A DNA stretch of 64,000 bases from Antedon mediterranea (Eukaryota; Animalia; Echinodermata). The DNA lies in contig NC_092675.1 of the NCBI RefSeq assembly GCF_964355755.1, forward strand, positions 22,354,912 to 22,418,911, in the 5' to 3' direction. The notes below the pieces were generated by a model that was not told the DNA's origin, made no database searches, and saw only the letters and a list, made by a program, of their open reading frames with translations. Every line of letters starts with the position of its first letter. The first letter of the stretch is position 1. The position numbers were made by a program, and so were the translations under genes. Below are positions 61,301 through 64,000 of this stretch, piece by piece.

Positions 61301-62207
61301 CTTCCTAATCATTTAAGCTCTTTCGTTGAGGAATATATTAGAATTACCATAGAGATATATCACTATAATATCTCTATGGAATTACCAACTACAATATTTT
61401 TTTTTAAGATATTGTTTTTTTGTAATTTCTCCCTGTGTAATCTCTTTGATAGTCATCTTTTTATTTGTTTGCATTGCATTTTTTATGGCCTTGTAAAGAA
61501 CACATTGTGCTTGTGAAAAACCATGCTGTTTACAAAATAATAATTTATTTATATATCATTTCTCAACATCAACTTTCAATATTTATATTTCTTTTAGTAG
61601 CCTATTGTTATTAATTGTTACTGATACATTGTGTTTTTTATTAAAAGCTCAGTCTACACTATCAAACTTTATGCGACAAAAAATGTTATGTGCCTAAAAA
61701 TGGACATAATGATGTTATATCACTACCATATTTGGGCATATCACTACCATATTTGAGCACATTACACTTTTTGATTGACAGTTTGATAGTGTAGACTTAG
61801 CAAAATATGATGACACCCTGTTTTTTAAACATTTGAAATTTAATTTAGATGTCATCCCAGCTTATTCATGATGCATTAACAACATACAAGATTATTGAAT
61901 AATTTTTAATCCATGAATGTCATTTAAATATTTAGATTATTTGAAATAAAAGCAGTTTATCATGATATGATAATAAAGAAAATATACCGCAAGTGCACCC
62001 CAGATTGAGATAGCAATTTTGCTTCCTTGATGTTCGAGACAGATACTTGCTACACCAAATGCAAGAGATAAAATCGATAAAACGATTTGAGTAGCCTGTT
62101 ACGAGGAGAACTTTGAAGTTCAAACTTGATCGGACTTCTCCAGGCCGTTGAGAGTAAGTTACTGATGTAGCCTCTGGGGCAACTTGTAGTGGTACACTTG
62201 TGGTCAT
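57084..62207 (-). CDS. MS4A/CD20-like four-transmembrane protein with Gln-rich repeat tail; frameshift in first coding exon (possible pseudogene or null allele)
   Basis: Minus-strand exons: 62212-61988 (ATG 62207; TM1 ATQIVLSILSLAFGVASI..IAISIWGALA), 60838-60773 (FYLVAGILGVVAG), 59981-59856 (IGFLVMSTLAIVIAVVHAVIGGII), 59564-59439 (VNIVCTMIGGVEVIVAMFASVYMCCTGACCC), 58620-58590, 57556-57084 (TAA). All are GT-AG. A probable 5' UTR exon ends at 62909. Confidence 0.8.
57125..57440 (-). repeat. Coding 45-bp minisatellite (15-aa repeat YMGQAQAHLPQRKGL), about 7 copies
   Basis: TTGCCCCATATAC recurs at 57180, 57225, 57270, 57315, 57360 and 57405, with a degenerate copy at 57135. Confidence 0.92.
58075..58421 (-). 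mobile_element. Near full-length tRNA-derived SINE with conserved central core (Nin/Deu-like)
   Basis: Minus-strand A-box TGGCCGAGCGGTTAAGG, B-box GGGTTCGAGGCC, core GATAAGGACTATAAACCGTAGGTCC, A-rich tail. Related copies lie at 23965-24135, about 30590-30650 and 63907-64000. Confidence 0.8.
61645..61796. mobile_element. MITE, second copy of the 27107-27264 family
   Basis: AAGCTCAGTCTACACTATCAAAC ... GTTTGATAGTGTAGACT, with a shared interior (ACCATATTT.GGCACAT.ACACTTTTT). Confidence 0.8.
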
Positions 62208-63906
62208 TTGGCCTGTAGTCGATCAAATCAAAAAGGAAAAGAAAGAAAACAGCTCCAAAAGATTATCTCACACTGTAATTTTGCAGTAAAATTACTGTCA
62301 AATAATTGCCTACTTGCCAAATGTTTTAACATAAATCAAAACGAAATATATAATATATAATAATTTTCAATAATATATCTGCAAAGCTGAAGCATTTGCA
62401 CACTATATCTCCTAAACAGGACACCGATATACATGTGAGTCCAATTTACATGGGACACTTTTTTTATTTTCATAATATTGGTTAATTTTGGAAACCTTGA
62501 GTTACTAGTAAATTTCAAGAAGTTTTGTCGATAGTTTAAAAAAAATTTTCAGATTGTGAACAAGGGGTTGGCAAGTCTGGTTAGAAATACCAGAAAAATG
62601 AAGAACATGAAGAAAACAATAATAAAGATTACTAGATGCATTGACGGCGTTCCATAGAAATTACCGGAAATGATTATTTACACAGTACATACCACAAGTG
62701 TCACATGACAAGAAGAAACAGTCCACCAAGTAGGCTCCTTAGTAGGAGAGGTAGCCCACTTAGTACACCGTAATAGCATACAGGGTACAATGAAAAAAAA
62801 AGAGTATTCTTTTACTCTATTTTGAATATGCCATGGGAAAAAACAACCAAATCAAACTAGTAAAACCAAATCAATCATAGAATACCTAAGATAATATATA
62901 ATACATACCTTTTTATGTGGTCGATATTCGTCTACTTTACACTTTTTTTCAACAGCTCCTGTTTATATTGTCTTAATCTTAATCATCTATATCGGATGGC
63001 TAAGCACAACTGATGCGCACGCGCGGCACTTGGCAACCTGGGAATTTTATGAAAGGCAATCTGAGCCATGATCTGTAATTTTGTAATCTTTGTTGATGAT
63101 TGTGTATTTATACTTCAAACATACCTGTTTTGTGGTGATATTATGATATTAATTGTCGTTCTATAATGTCAATGAAAAGAAACTCTGAAAGCACTGGAGG
63201 TTTTTCAAAGCCCTCCTATCTCCTCCGGGCCTGATATCGAGCACATAAACGGATTCCAAAGAAATTAGGAATGCATTAACTATTTGTTGAAAAAAGAAGA
63301 AAGAATAAGCAATGCTTTTGAACAATTAATGAATGTAATCAATTGTGGACCTGTTTCCAAATATTCTCTCAAATGGTCCTGATTTGATGTTTTTTTCAAG
63401 AAAGTGAGAAAGATCTAGAACTGGATTATATTAAAATATTACTATCTATTTAACAATCCTTTTCTTACTTAAGAAGTTTTTATTTTAATCTAGAATTGAT
63501 ATACAGACCAATATAAAACCTGGCAAGAATAGTTTATGAAAATTAAATACCATATGCACTGAAAAAATATGATAAACTAACATAAATGTCTTTTATCGCA
63601 AAGTTGTTCCTGCTTGTACTTAGGCTAATTGCATTTGTTAATCGTGTATGAAATGTGTCATAAAATTGTCTTAAAGAGAATCAATTTTCGTTGGAATGCT
63701 GTTATAGTTAACATGTTGACGTGAACAAACAATGTTGGTACAAATAATTTGTTTCTCATTTTGTTAAGATATAAAAAGAAAAAATAATATTGATTGTTGA
63801 TTGATATCTTAATTAGCAGTGTTGATATGCAATAATTAACAGTCGGCCTAAAATATACCTGCAGTCTTGTATCCTAACTAAGAACTTTCTACAACTATAA
63901 ACTATG

Positions 63907-64000
63907 GACAAGGATTACCAATAGTAAATTAATGTCTGTCCTATCCGATCGGGGGTAATACCCCTGACACAGGGGCTATTTTGTGAACCAGTTTACCGGG
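63907..64000 (-). mobile_element. SINE 3' part (family of 58075-58421), cut by window end
   Basis: CAAGGATTACCAATAGT...CCCCTGA.ACAGGGGCTATT.TGTGAACCAGTT.ACCGGG matches 58110-58200. Confidence 0.8.

Overview
Eukaryotic, AT-rich, intron-containing genomic DNA from a metazoan. It is probably a marine invertebrate deuterostome such as an echinoderm; this is inferred from protein similarity and repeat types. Four genes can be reconstructed by hand. (1) The 3' 19 coding exons of MSH5 (+, 305-34307). (2) A single-coding-exon LRR-Ig receptor with a signal peptide and a probable GPI signal (-, 16342-17880), nested antisense in the 16-kb MSH5 intron. (3) A complete 5-exon GIPC PDZ adaptor gene (+, 36002-46200). 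(4) An MS4A/CD20-like tetraspan gene (-, 57084-62207) with a Gln-rich 15-aa repeat tail and an apparent frameshift in its first coding exon. Repeats include a 3.6-kb 17-bp satellite in an MSH5 intron and a full-length Gypsy element with near-identical LTRs but a broken gag-pol. There are also non-autonomous hAT, MULE-like foldback, Kolobok-like, Harbinger and Helentron-like elements, CR1/L2 fragments, tRNA-derived SINEs and a rearranged hairpin-repeat array. No prokaryotic features, CRISPR or intact tRNA/rRNA genes were seen. I found no clearly new system. The best leads are the nested LRR-Ig gene, the MS4A gene, MSH5-GIPC linkage and the unusual repeat architectures. All coordinates were read by eye.
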